From assembly GCA_040772485.1 (NCBI GenBank), contig JAXGYC010000010.1, positions 64,001 through 128,000 on the forward strand: DNA of 64,000 nt. The letters are read 5' to 3'. The stretch comes from Sedimentisphaerales bacterium. GTDB lineage: Bacteria > Planctomycetota > Phycisphaerae > Sedimentisphaerales > Anaerobacaceae. Shown here piece by piece: positions 46,819 through 56,923 of the stretch. The first letter of the stretch is position 1. The number at the start of each line of letters is the position of its first letter. The notes beneath the pieces are model-generated. The model was not told the DNA's origin and searched no databases. It saw nothing but the letters and a program-made list of their open reading frames with translations. Both the position numbers and the translations under genes were made by a program.

Positions 46819-47655
46819 ATGAGAAAGAAGAGATGGGTGGTCGCGGCCGTCGCGGTCGCCGCGCTTGCCCTGTTCGGTGTTTATGAACTGCTGTTCGGCC
46901 GGCTGTTTCCGTTCTCTCCGGTCGTGGTTGGGTTCTCCCGGCAGGAGCATGGGAGCTTTGTCGTGTACCATCACGGGCAGCCGGAATCATCCCAGCTATC
47001 CTATCTGAGCGATGTCGTTGCTATCGAAGAAGACTACCACGGGACGCCTTTCCGGTCGGAGCCCGAGATATTCCTTTGCAGGGACGATCGCGAATACCAC
47101 AGGCTTACCGGTGGAAGGGCTCGGTTCATTGCGATCAATGGACGGCTGTTCGTGTCCAAGCGAGCACAGGAAGATGCAAGACAGGGCCGGATCGATCTCC
47201 GAACGTATCTGACCCATGAGATGTCCCATTGCCTTCTCCAACAGCACATGTCGATTCTGAGATCCCTGAAGATGCCAAGATGGCTGCTCGAAGGAACCGC
47301 CATGGATTGTGCCGGACAGGTGGGAGCTGGAATCTACCCGGACAGATCGACAGTATACGACGCGATAGCTCGGGGCGTGTTCTGTGAGCCGGCGGACTTT
47401 GGTACGGTTCTCGACGGCGAAAAAGGGACGGCGCTCTCCTGCCCGATAGAGAACAGGACGGCATTTTTCTACTCGGAGTTCGGTTGTCTTGTGGAATTCC
47501 TGAGGTCGAGTCGTGGAGCGCAGCGATATCAGGCTTTTCTCAAGGACCTGGTCGAAAGCCGTACCCTGAACGTGGAGAGGTCGTTTGAAGAGGCCTATGG
47601 AACGACGCTCGGTGATGAGATCGCTCGATTCAAGAACGAGACGCAGAGGCGTTGA
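46819..47655 (+). CDS. Gluzincin/peptidase MA-like metallopeptidase, N-terminally anchored
   Basis: HEMSH (HExxH) plus 'PRWLLEGTA'; N-terminal hydrophobic helix. Start may be 46801. Confidence 0.75.
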   Translation: MRKKRWVVAAVAVAALALFGVYELLFGRLFPFSPVVVGFSRQEHGSFVVYHHGQPESSQLSYLSDVVAIEEDYHGTPFRSEPEIFLCRDDREYHRLTGGRARFIAINGRLFVSKRAQEDARQGRIDLRTYLTHEMSHCLLQQHMSILRSLKMPRWLLEGTAMDCAGQVGAGIYPDRSTVYDAIARGVFCEPADFGTVLDGEKGTALSCPIENRTAFFYSEFGCLVEFLRSSRGAQRYQAFLKDLVESRTLNVERSFEEAYGTTLGDEIARFKNETQRR

Positions 47656-47754
47656 GCCCGCCGGACAGACTGGATCGACTTCGCGGCGCAACGAGAGCCG
47701 TGGCCGAGAAACGCCTGCCAGTACCCTCTCAAATGATGGTCGCTCGAAGGAGGG

Positions 47755-48387
47755 CTATCGCATGACCCAGGACTTGTCTTTGAAGACGACCTGCGCCGAG
47801 TCGCGCATCGCCGGATCGCCCCGGAAGGCGTAGTCCAGTTGCAGGGTCTTGCGCAGGAACACCCTGACCGGCTGGCCCATGCCGTCCACCGCCACAGGGT
47901 GATCGATCGCGGCGGTCTCGTTGCTCAGGCCCGTGATGAACACCTTGAACCCGCCCGCCTGACTGTCGAAATCGCGCCAGATCACGGCGATGTCCTTGGC
48001 GTTGTCCTCGCCCTGGAGAATGCGGTTCTCCACCTTGCTCATGGCTTCGAGGAACGGATAGCGGCCCTGATGCCGCTGCTTGATCTGTTCGAAAGCGATG
48101 GGCGGAACGCCGACGCCGGAAGGCACGATCTGGAACGTGTCGCTCATCAACTCGCATCGGGGGTAGAACTCAACGTCCTGACCCGTGCGATTGGTCACGG
48201 TCAGGATCATGTACCAGAACCGCACCGGACCGCTGCCGCCTCCCGACAGGATGAGCTGCTGGGGTTGCTCGAATTTCACCTCGACCGTCCAATGCCCCGG
48301 CCTCTGAACCACCGCCGGCTCCGGCGCCGCCAGACACACATTGGCCGCCACCACCAGGAATGTCCCATAAAACAGACACTTGCTCAT
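47755..48387 (-). CDS. Secreted hypothetical protein (Ig-like beta-sandwich likely)
   Basis: Signal peptide; 'FWYMILTVTNRTGQD', 'VFITGLSNE', 'LRKTLQLDY'. Confidence 0.8.
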   Translation of the reverse strand: MSKCLFYGTFLVVAANVCLAAPEPAVVQRPGHWTVEVKFEQPQQLILSGGGSGPVRFWYMILTVTNRTGQDVEFYPRCELMSDTFQIVPSGVGVPPIAFEQIKQRHQGRYPFLEAMSKVENRILQGEDNAKDIAVIWRDFDSQAGGFKVFITGLSNETAAIDHPVAVDGMGQPVRVFLRKTLQLDYAFRGDPAMRDSAQVVFKDKSWVMR

Positions 48388-48561
48388 CCGGTATCCCTCT
48401 CGAGAGACCATTTCGGTTTCCAAACGCGCCAGACTACACGTTTTCCCCATTTTACAGCAAAACCGCCCATAAGCCAAGAAGAATCTGGCCCAAGTGCCCG
48501 CCGCAGCGGTCTTTGCCGTTACCCCGCCTCCGGACGGGCGGCGCGAAGGGTCCGGCAGAAC

Positions 48562-48747
48562 TCACTGACGCTTCTCGGCGAGGCGCGTTCGCATCTCCGT
48601 CTTGCTTTCCCACCTGTGGTGGTCAATTCCCGGCACATGGTCCCAACTGAAGTGCCAGAGCTGACACCAGTGCCGCCACGCGGCCCGCAACAACCCCCGG
48701 ATCTTCATATCACCATCGCTCCAATAGGAGTTGACTTCCGATCCCAT
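48562..48747 (-). CDS. Candidate small Trp/His-rich protein (61 aa)
   Basis: GAGG RBS 7 nt before ATG; ECF-like promoter directly upstream; 6 Trp and 5 His. Confidence 0.4.
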   Translation of the reverse strand: MGSEVNSYWSDGDMKIRGLLRAAWRHWCQLWHFSWDHVPGIDHHRWESKTEMRTRLAEKRQ

Positions 48748-48771
48748 TAAGGGTCCTCTTTCGACTCCCAT

Positions 48772-48799
48772 TGGTACGTTAAGATAGGAAAGAGGTTCC
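48772..48799 (-). promoter_or_regulatory. Putative ECF sigma promoter
   Basis: GGAACC-N16-GTACCA; same geometry as the two at 44717-44886. Confidence 0.45.
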
Positions 48800-48815
48800 G
48801 GTTATATGGATCAAA

Positions 48816-49940
48816 TCACTCCGCGAGGTGTACCTCCGCAAACCTCCCGGCGGCTTGGGCCAGCAACTCTTCGCAGTGCTCCAGAGCGAACTGGAGGTCC
48901 ATGCCGGGCTGCGTGCAGGCCAGAGCGGCCTCGATCCCGGCGTTGCGCCAGACATGGTCCGCGAGCAGGACCTGCCCGGCGATCACCCCGACCCTGGCGC
49001 CTCCCTGGCGGGCGACACGGGCGACGCCGGAGACGACCTTGCCCCGCATCGACTGCGAATCGAAGCAGCCCTCGCCCGTGACGACCCAGTCGGCATCCGA
49101 GACCTCCTGCCGCAGGCGAGACTGCGCCATGACCGTCTCGATCCCGGAAACGAGGCGGGCCTCCATGAAGGCTACGGCCCCTGCCGCCAGACCTCCGGCC
49201 GCACCCGCGCCGGGCAGGTCCCGGACGTGAATCCCAAGTTGGCTGCCTATCAGCTCCGCCAAATGCGCCAAGGCGGAATCGAGCGTCTCGACCATCTGCG
49301 GCGCGGCGCCCTTTTGCGGCCCGTACACGCGAGCAGCCCCGTGCGGCCCGCACAGCGGATTGTCCACGTCGCAGAGCACGTCGATGGGGACGTCCATATC
49401 GCGGTCCGGCGGGATGATCTCGACGATCTCCGCCAAGGCTCCGGCGCCAAGGCCGACCGGCGTCCCGTCGCCGGCCAGGAACTCCCAGCCCAGAGCCATG
49501 GCCGCCCCGACGCCACCGTCGACGGTGGCGCTGCCGCCAACCCCCAGCAGGATTCGCTCGGCGCCGCGGTCCAGCGCCGCCGCAATAAGCTGGCCCGTCC
49601 CGAAGGTGGTCGTCTTGAGCGGGTTCAACTGCTCGCGCCGCAGCAGTTGCATCCCGCTGGCCGAAGCCATCTCCACCACCGCCGTCTGGTCGTCGGGTAG
49701 CCACGCGAAGCCCGCCGCGACCTCCATGTCCGGCAGCGGGCCCATCACCGTCACGGGTATCCACTGGCCGTTGGAAGCCGCCATCAGGGCCGCCGCCGTG
49801 CCCTCCCCGCCGTCGGCCATCGGCTTGACCACGATCTCGGCCCCCGGCGCCGCCCTGCCGATGGCGTCGGCAACGATCCGGCAAGCCCGCTCGGCCGCCA
49901 GAGTCCCCTTGAACGAGTCCATCGCGACCACGATCTTCAT
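48816..49940 (-). CDS. glxK: Glycerate kinase (GlxK/GarK family)
   Basis: 'MKIVVAMDSFKGTL', 'PMADGGEGT', 'GVGGSATVDGG', 'VYGPQKGA', 'GAGAAGG', 'TGEGCFDSQS'. Confidence 0.95.
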   Translation of the reverse strand: MKIVVAMDSFKGTLAAERACRIVADAIGRAAPGAEIVVKPMADGGEGTAAALMAASNGQWIPVTVMGPLPDMEVAAGFAWLPDDQTAVVEMASASGMQLLRREQLNPLKTTTFGTGQLIAAALDRGAERILLGVGGSATVDGGVGAAMALGWEFLAGDGTPVGLGAGALAEIVEIIPPDRDMDVPIDVLCDVDNPLCGPHGAARVYGPQKGAAPQMVETLDSALAHLAELIGSQLGIHVRDLPGAGAAGGLAAGAVAFMEARLVSGIETVMAQSRLRQEVSDADWVVTGEGCFDSQSMRGKVVSGVARVARQGGARVGVIAGQVLLADHVWRNAGIEAALACTQPGMDLQFALEHCEELLAQAAGRFAEVHLAE

Positions 49941-50102
49941 CGTTCGCCCCGTCTTTCGCGCATCTTCGAGCCCACTGCAAAGTGGCGAACCCTTTGGCCC
50001 TTTGCGTCGCCCAAGTTGACTTTGATTGGCTTGGCTTCCATGACTCGATCCCCATTTTCAGCCCAGGAACGCCGAAATTGGCTTTGTTTCGCACGGCGAG
50101 AC

Positions 50103-50281
50103 CGTATCTCGTCGCTCGAATCTCGTATCTCGTATCTCGTTCTCCGAGGCTGGCCGCAACTGACGGCCCGCAACTCGTTAGATCGACAATAAACGAAACA
50201 CGGTGACCTGTCAACCACAAAACCGGCACATTCGCCTTTTCTCCCCACCCCCGAGATACGAGATACAAGATACGAGATACG
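50103..50281. repeat. Two inverted heptamer tandem arrays (CGTATCT)n ... (AGATACG)n
   Basis: Five units at 50103-50139 and four reverse-complement units at 50252-50281. Confidence 0.8.
50186..50214 (-). promoter_or_regulatory. Putative sigma70 promoter toward glycerate kinase
   Basis: TTGACA-N17-TATTGT on the minus strand, between the heptamer arrays. Confidence 0.55.
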
Positions 50282-50564
50282 CGCCTCGTCCTTGACCCCG
50301 CCGGGAGATTCCTGTAGGCTGTATCCCGGATGTGCGAAGGGAAGCTATGTGCCGAGAGGCCCCCACAATCCGGCCCCTTGTCCGCGCGCCGCAAGGCGAC
50401 GTCGAGTGGTTCGGCCAGTCGGTGCAATACCCCCCTCCCATTCTCCGTGTGCTGAACACTAGCGTAAGGGCTGATGCCAGGACTGCCGAAGACGGAATCG
50501 CTCTTGAACAAACGATGTCCTCCATGTCGAGCAACTTCTGAGATCGTCCCATCGGAGGTGCACC

Positions 50565-52406
50565 ATGCCGGAAAAGCGACACAGGCTGATCCGTATCTTG
50601 TTCCTGCCGGTCATTATTCTGCATTTTGTGTTTAGGGTCCTTCTCCTTGTTGCTTGTGCGTTGGTGCTCGCCCCGTGGGAGGTTATCCAGGAGGAGTGGC
50701 TTGGCAAGAAGAGCCAGACGCCGCCGGAGGAGCCCGCCAACGAATACATGCGTCTGTTCTCGAACCGTGCGATCTGGGTGGGCGCAAGCCTCCTTACCGC
50801 GGCCGCCTTTGTCCTGTTGGGGTCCGAACTGGCCATTCAACTGACTCGGCTGGCCCTGCGGACCGACGATGTTCGGATCCGCCTGGTGGCGCTGGACTGG
50901 GCAGGACCGGCCGCAAAATGGCCTGCTCGTATCGGCGCACCCGGTGATATCTTTGATGATCTGTTGCGACTGGCTTCCACCGATAGCGATGCTCGCGTCC
51001 GGAATAGCGCGCTCGGCATCCTTGCCTCGGATCTCGGCACGCCTGACGCTGTGATCCCCGCGCTTCGGGACTACGTGCTTGCCCCGAACCCCATCATCCA
51101 AGTCAATGCCATCGACGCGATGCTTCGCCTGGGCCAAGAAGCAGACACAACGAACTCGGCGCTTCTCCATATGGCCGATTGGCTCACGCATCAGGGAGAG
51201 GATGACCCGCCTGTCACAGCCGCCCGACATCTGGTCTCCCGGCTGTCCGAGGACCGCATCTATGACATGCTTACAGATGACATCGAGTGTTTGTATCGGT
51301 GCGGGCTTTCCATGATCACCGGAAACTGCACTGAGGAGGTGGCCTCGGCCGCACTGAGGGCGATGGCCTTCTACCGTTTGCCTGTAGAGGAACGAGAGCG
51401 ACTGAAAACCGCTCGGAGCCAACCGACCCGGTCATGGTGGAGCACGAACTCTCATCGAATCTCTAACAGGCCGGCGGCAATCGAAGAAAGGCTCATCCAA
51501 GCCGAGACGGCAGGATCCAGAGGCGCGGTCGAACAACTTCGCTGGGCGGATGCCAAGAGTGCCGGCACGTTCGCCGCGTACCGGATCTATCTCGAAACCT
51601 ACCCCGGCGGGCGTTATGTCCAGGACGCCCGGACGCGACAGGCAGCGCTTTTGTGCGATGACGCTCCTTTTGCACTGGTTTCCCAGGAGGGCACGAGAGA
51701 GGCCCTCGAGAGGTTCCTCCTGGAGTATCCCGGACATCGGCGTGAGCTGGAGGCCCGCGAGTTGCTGCGTAGTCTCGACGGATATGATATTGTCGACCTT
51801 CTGGACAAACGCATGATCGAGGTCGAGCCGGTCGGCTCCGGCATCCAGCGTGTTGCGGTGAAGGTGCGTCGGCTTGTCCCCCATGGAGTCACGGTCAAGG
51901 TGCCCGTCGGAACTTTCTTTGTTTCCGAAAGGGCTGGGACTCAGAATATGGTCGCAACCGCCGAGTGCCAGGAGACGCTGACGACAGATGAATGGATAAC
52001 CCTTTCGGTGCCTTCCGCATGCGCGAACCACTCAAGAGACGTGCCGGCATTCAGAGACCGGTTCACCATTCAGCACTCTGCCCACTCGCTTGATCTGGTC
52101 CGTCTGATGCCGGTGCTCGACAAGGCACAAGTCTCGTATGGCGTTCGGCAGGCGGCGGTATGGATCGTGACAGACAACGTCAGCTATTATCATCTCGGCA
52201 GGCTGGTCAGAGGGGCGTCCTGGATGCCGATCGATGGCTCACGGGTAATCAGGCACTATGAGGCGGGCCAGGCGATGAAGATCTGCGACGAAGCAGGGAT
52301 CGATATCACGCAAAAAGCCATCTGGCAGGACCGTGCGACGATCCTGGAGGGACTCCAGGATGCCGATCTTAAGATCTGGCTTGAGGCGAAGCAGGCAGCA
52401 CGTTGA
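50565..52406 (+). CDS. Membrane-anchored hypothetical protein with HEAT-like repeats and a C-terminal beta-sandwich/helical domain
   Basis: GGAGG RBS; N-terminal TMs; 'DSDARVRNSALGIL', 'PNPIIQVNAIDAM'; two 'YLxxYPxG'-type repeats. Confidence 0.75.
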   Translation: MPEKRHRLIRILFLPVIILHFVFRVLLLVACALVLAPWEVIQEEWLGKKSQTPPEEPANEYMRLFSNRAIWVGASLLTAAAFVLLGSELAIQLTRLALRTDDVRIRLVALDWAGPAAKWPARIGAPGDIFDDLLRLASTDSDARVRNSALGILASDLGTPDAVIPALRDYVLAPNPIIQVNAIDAMLRLGQEADTTNSALLHMADWLTHQGEDDPPVTAARHLVSRLSEDRIYDMLTDDIECLYRCGLSMITGNCTEEVASAALRAMAFYRLPVEERERLKTARSQPTRSWWSTNSHRISNRPAAIEERLIQAETAGSRGAVEQLRWADAKSAGTFAAYRIYLETYPGGRYVQDARTRQAALLCDDAPFALVSQEGTREALERFLLEYPGHRRELEARELLRSLDGYDIVDLLDKRMIEVEPVGSGIQRVAVKVRRLVPHGVTVKVPVGTFFVSERAGTQNMVATAECQETLTTDEWITLSVPSACANHSRDVPAFRDRFTIQHSAHSLDLVRLMPVLDKAQVSYGVRQAAVWIVTDNVSYYHLGRLVRGASWMPIDGSRVIRHYEAGQAMKICDEAGIDITQKAIWQDRATILEGLQDADLKIWLEAKQAAR

Positions 52407-52421
52407 ATCTGAAGCAGATTC

Positions 52422-52981
52422 AGGGTCAGACCTTTCGATAATCATTAGCAGAGTAACGGCCGGGCGGCGATCCTGGATCGAGGCATGATGGGCTTGTCGG
52501 ACAGGCGGGTGACGCAAGGCCGGCGGATCGCCAGGGACGTCGATGGCGTGGTGACCGAAACGGTTGGCGGGGCGAGGCCCACCCGACATCATTAACCGAG
52601 TTTCTTTGTGAGGGAGCTATGGTGGGTGAACGACATATGGGCGAGGAGACACTGGAGAAGCACGGGTCTGTTTGGCGAGTTTATCGCTACGGAATGCTGG
52701 TCAACATCGTCGCCTGCCTCGTGTGGTCTGTTTACTTTGTCCTGATGATTCCGCCTGAATACGGTGGGAACCGCCATATTTTAGTTCTTCTCAGCGTCAT
52801 GCTGTTGTTCTTCCATCTGGCGTACTTCTTCCGATGGCCAAGACGTGTCTGTATCGCCCTGGGGGTTATGGCTTTGAGCTCGATCGCCTTGACCTGGTTC
52901 TACGTTATTCGTCTCTTATGGGCGGAAGTCCTCCATCCGTGAATGAGAGCGGATGAGGGTCAGGCCTTTCGATGGTCATCA
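52422..52981 (+). repeat. Pair of 26-nt direct repeats (52422-52447, 52956-52981)
   Basis: AGGGTCAGACCTTTCGATAATCATTA vs AGGGTCAGGCCTTTCGATGGTCATCA (22/26 identical). Confidence 0.7.
52619..52942 (+). CDS. Small hypothetical membrane protein (3 TM)
   Basis: Three hydrophobic helices; GAGGGAG upstream; visibly lower GC. Start may be 52637. Confidence 0.6.
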   Translation: MVGERHMGEETLEKHGSVWRVYRYGMLVNIVACLVWSVYFVLMIPPEYGGNRHILVLLSVMLLFFHLAYFFRWPRRVCIALGVMALSSIALTWFYVIRLLWAEVLHP

Positions 52982-53098
52982 ATCTGGAGGATGCTCGGGC
53001 GGCAGCCGGATACGGGGTGACACAAGGCAGTCGAAAGGACCGCTTGGTTGTCTGTCGGCGGCATCACTGTCGCTGCGGCGTGTGCTGACGCGTCGAAT

Positions 53099-54820
<1,722 letters not shown>

Positions 54821-54919
54821 TCAAACGGCGGCATTGTAAAAGCGGCGGCACGGCATGGCACGAAAAATCCGCGAGCTTGTTGCTGTCGGTCCGGCCAACG
54901 AGATGATACGCTGTCTTGC

Positions 54920-54998
54920 GTGTGGCTGCTCCCTGACGGGAAGCCGTCACGCCTCGATCGGTCTGACGGATCGCACCGGCGGGCGGAGCAGCCATCGC
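54920..54998 (+). promoter_or_regulatory. Structured 5' leader upstream of KamA-family gene (candidate cis-regulatory RNA)
   Basis: 10-bp TGGCTGCTCC/GGAGCAGCCA stem enclosing TGACGG-GAAG-CCGTCA and CGATC/GATCG hairpins; TGn-TACGCT extended -10 just upstream. Confidence 0.45.
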
Positions 54999-55047
54999 TC
55001 TTGTGACCTTTTGCAGTGGACAGGACAACCTCAAAGGAGAACCGCCT

Positions 55048-56193
55048 ATGGCATACAAGGACATCTTGAGAAATGCGATACGGACATTCGAGGACCTGGA
55101 GAAATGGCTCACCGCCCAGAAGGCCCGGGTCGATCCGCGACTGAAGGACGTGATCGCCAAGTACCCCATGCGAGTGAATACGTACTACCTCAGTCTCATC
55201 GAGAAGGTCAACGACGGCATCTGGAAACAGGCCATTCCCGACGTCGAGGAACTGGTGCATTACATGGACCTGACGGAAGACCCGCTGGATGAGGAAGGGG
55301 ACATTCCGCTGGGCGGCCCACGGACGATCATTCACCGGTATCCGGACCGCGTCCTGCTGTTCGTATCGAACGAGTGCGCCATGTACTGCCGATTCTGCAC
55401 GAGGAAGCGGAAGGTCGGCGATGACCGCAAGAATCCGTCGATGGAGGACATCACCAAAGGCATCGAATACGTGGCGTCGCACGAGGACATCCGCGACGTG
55501 TTGATCTCCGGCGGCGATCCGTTGCTGATTCCGACCAAGAGACTGGATGAGGTTCTGGGAAAGCTCCGACAGATTCCCCACCTGGACCTGATCCGCATCG
55601 GCACGAGGGTCCCGTGCGTCTGGCCGCAGAGGATCATCGAGGACACCGAACTGATTGAAATGCTCCGCAAGCACACGCCGCGTTCGCTTGACGATCCGCA
55701 GCTCTTTATCAACACGCACTTCAATCACCCCAACGAAATCACGCCTCAGAGCTACCAGGCGGTGAAGATCCTGCGAGACCTGGGCATTCCCGTCGCCAAC
55801 CAGAGCGTTCTGCTGAAGGGAGTCAACGATGACACGGACGTCATGAGAGACCTGGTGCATGGCCTCGGTCGGATGGGCGTACGACCGTACTACCTGTATT
55901 ACGCCGACCTGGTTGAGGGAACCGGTCATTTCCGAACGGAAGTGTACAAGGGAAAGGAAATCTGCCGAGATCTGTGCGGCGCCACCACCGGCTTCCTGCG
56001 CCCGACCTATGTGGTCGATGCGATGGGAGGCAGGGGCAAGGTCCCGGTGGACCTCGGCTACTCCGATGGAATCAGTGAAGACAGAAAGGGTGGGATTCTC
56101 ACCTCGGCGATCGGGCTGGGACGAGTGTATGTCAACGACCCGATCGATCGAATAGAGGGCAAACCGACGCGGCACAATCCCAACCGGAAATGA
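55048..56193 (+). CDS. kamA: KamA family radical SAM protein (lysine 2,3-aminomutase-like)
   Basis: 'HRYPDRVL', CAMYCRFCTRKR, 'SGGDPL', 'THFNHP', 'NQSVLLKGVND', PLP-lysine motif 'DAMGGRGKVP'; AAAGGAG RBS. Confidence 0.88.
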   Translation: MAYKDILRNAIRTFEDLEKWLTAQKARVDPRLKDVIAKYPMRVNTYYLSLIEKVNDGIWKQAIPDVEELVHYMDLTEDPLDEEGDIPLGGPRTIIHRYPDRVLLFVSNECAMYCRFCTRKRKVGDDRKNPSMEDITKGIEYVASHEDIRDVLISGGDPLLIPTKRLDEVLGKLRQIPHLDLIRIGTRVPCVWPQRIIEDTELIEMLRKHTPRSLDDPQLFINTHFNHPNEITPQSYQAVKILRDLGIPVANQSVLLKGVNDDTDVMRDLVHGLGRMGVRPYYLYYADLVEGTGHFRTEVYKGKEICRDLCGATTGFLRPTYVVDAMGGRGKVPVDLGYSDGISEDRKGGILTSAIGLGRVYVNDPIDRIEGKPTRHNPNRK

Positions 56194-56264
56194 GAGACCG
56201 GCCGCCGCGCCCGACCCGGGCCCCGTAAACCGCCTCGCTGGGACGCCGGACGCAGTCAGGGTCG

Positions 56265-56648
56265 TCAGGCACACTCGCTGCCGGGAACGTGACGCGTCTG
56301 CCGGGTGGCGGCCCGGAGTTCGTACTGCGCCTGGAGCCACTTGAGGAACGGGCGCGGATTGCTGCCGAGGCGGCCGCCGATGCGGAGGGGCTTGAGTTCG
56401 CGACTGCGCCAGAACTCCTCCGGGGTGGGCGCGCCGCTGTTCGCGCCACGGTAGAGCGTGGTCTGCTTCCAATCGTAGACGGTGAAGACGTCGCCTCGGT
56501 CGCTGGTGAAGACGTGCTTGCGGGAGATCTTGAAGCCGTCGCTGTCGGCGGCGTCGCCGAAAAGCTCCACGAGGCCGGCCGGCGGGAACTCGAAGAGCGT
56601 CAGGCTGTCTATGCCGCTCGTATCGACCTTCGGATTCAGCTTATACAT
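56265..56648 (-). CDS. Hypothetical protein ('TVYDWK' motif)
   Basis: 127-aa ORF with coding-like codon usage; 'LVELFG...DGFKIS...GDVFTVYDWK...IGG'. Confidence 0.7.
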   Translation of the reverse strand: MYKLNPKVDTSGIDSLTLFEFPPAGLVELFGDAADSDGFKISRKHVFTSDRGDVFTVYDWKQTTLYRGANSGAPTPEEFWRSRELKPLRIGGRLGSNPRPFLKWLQAQYELRAATRQTRHVPGSECA

Positions 56649-56923
56649 TGCCGTTGCCTTCCAATCGGATTCGTGTCATTTCGCACGCAGAAGGCCGCGT
56701 TTCATTCCTTGATCGGCACGATCCCTCTGCAAGAAACACAGAATTCATTGTACCGCAAAGCCACATATTAGTTCGACGCGTAGATTGGATTGGGTGATAG
56801 GCAAATGGTCAGGGCGGGTCAGCCTTTTACTCACTTGGTGCGGCTATTCGAGACGGGCCCGCGAGTCATGTGAACGCCGTCTGGCGTGGCCTGGCAAAAA
56901 CACCGGTCAGGCGGGCGGGGTAC

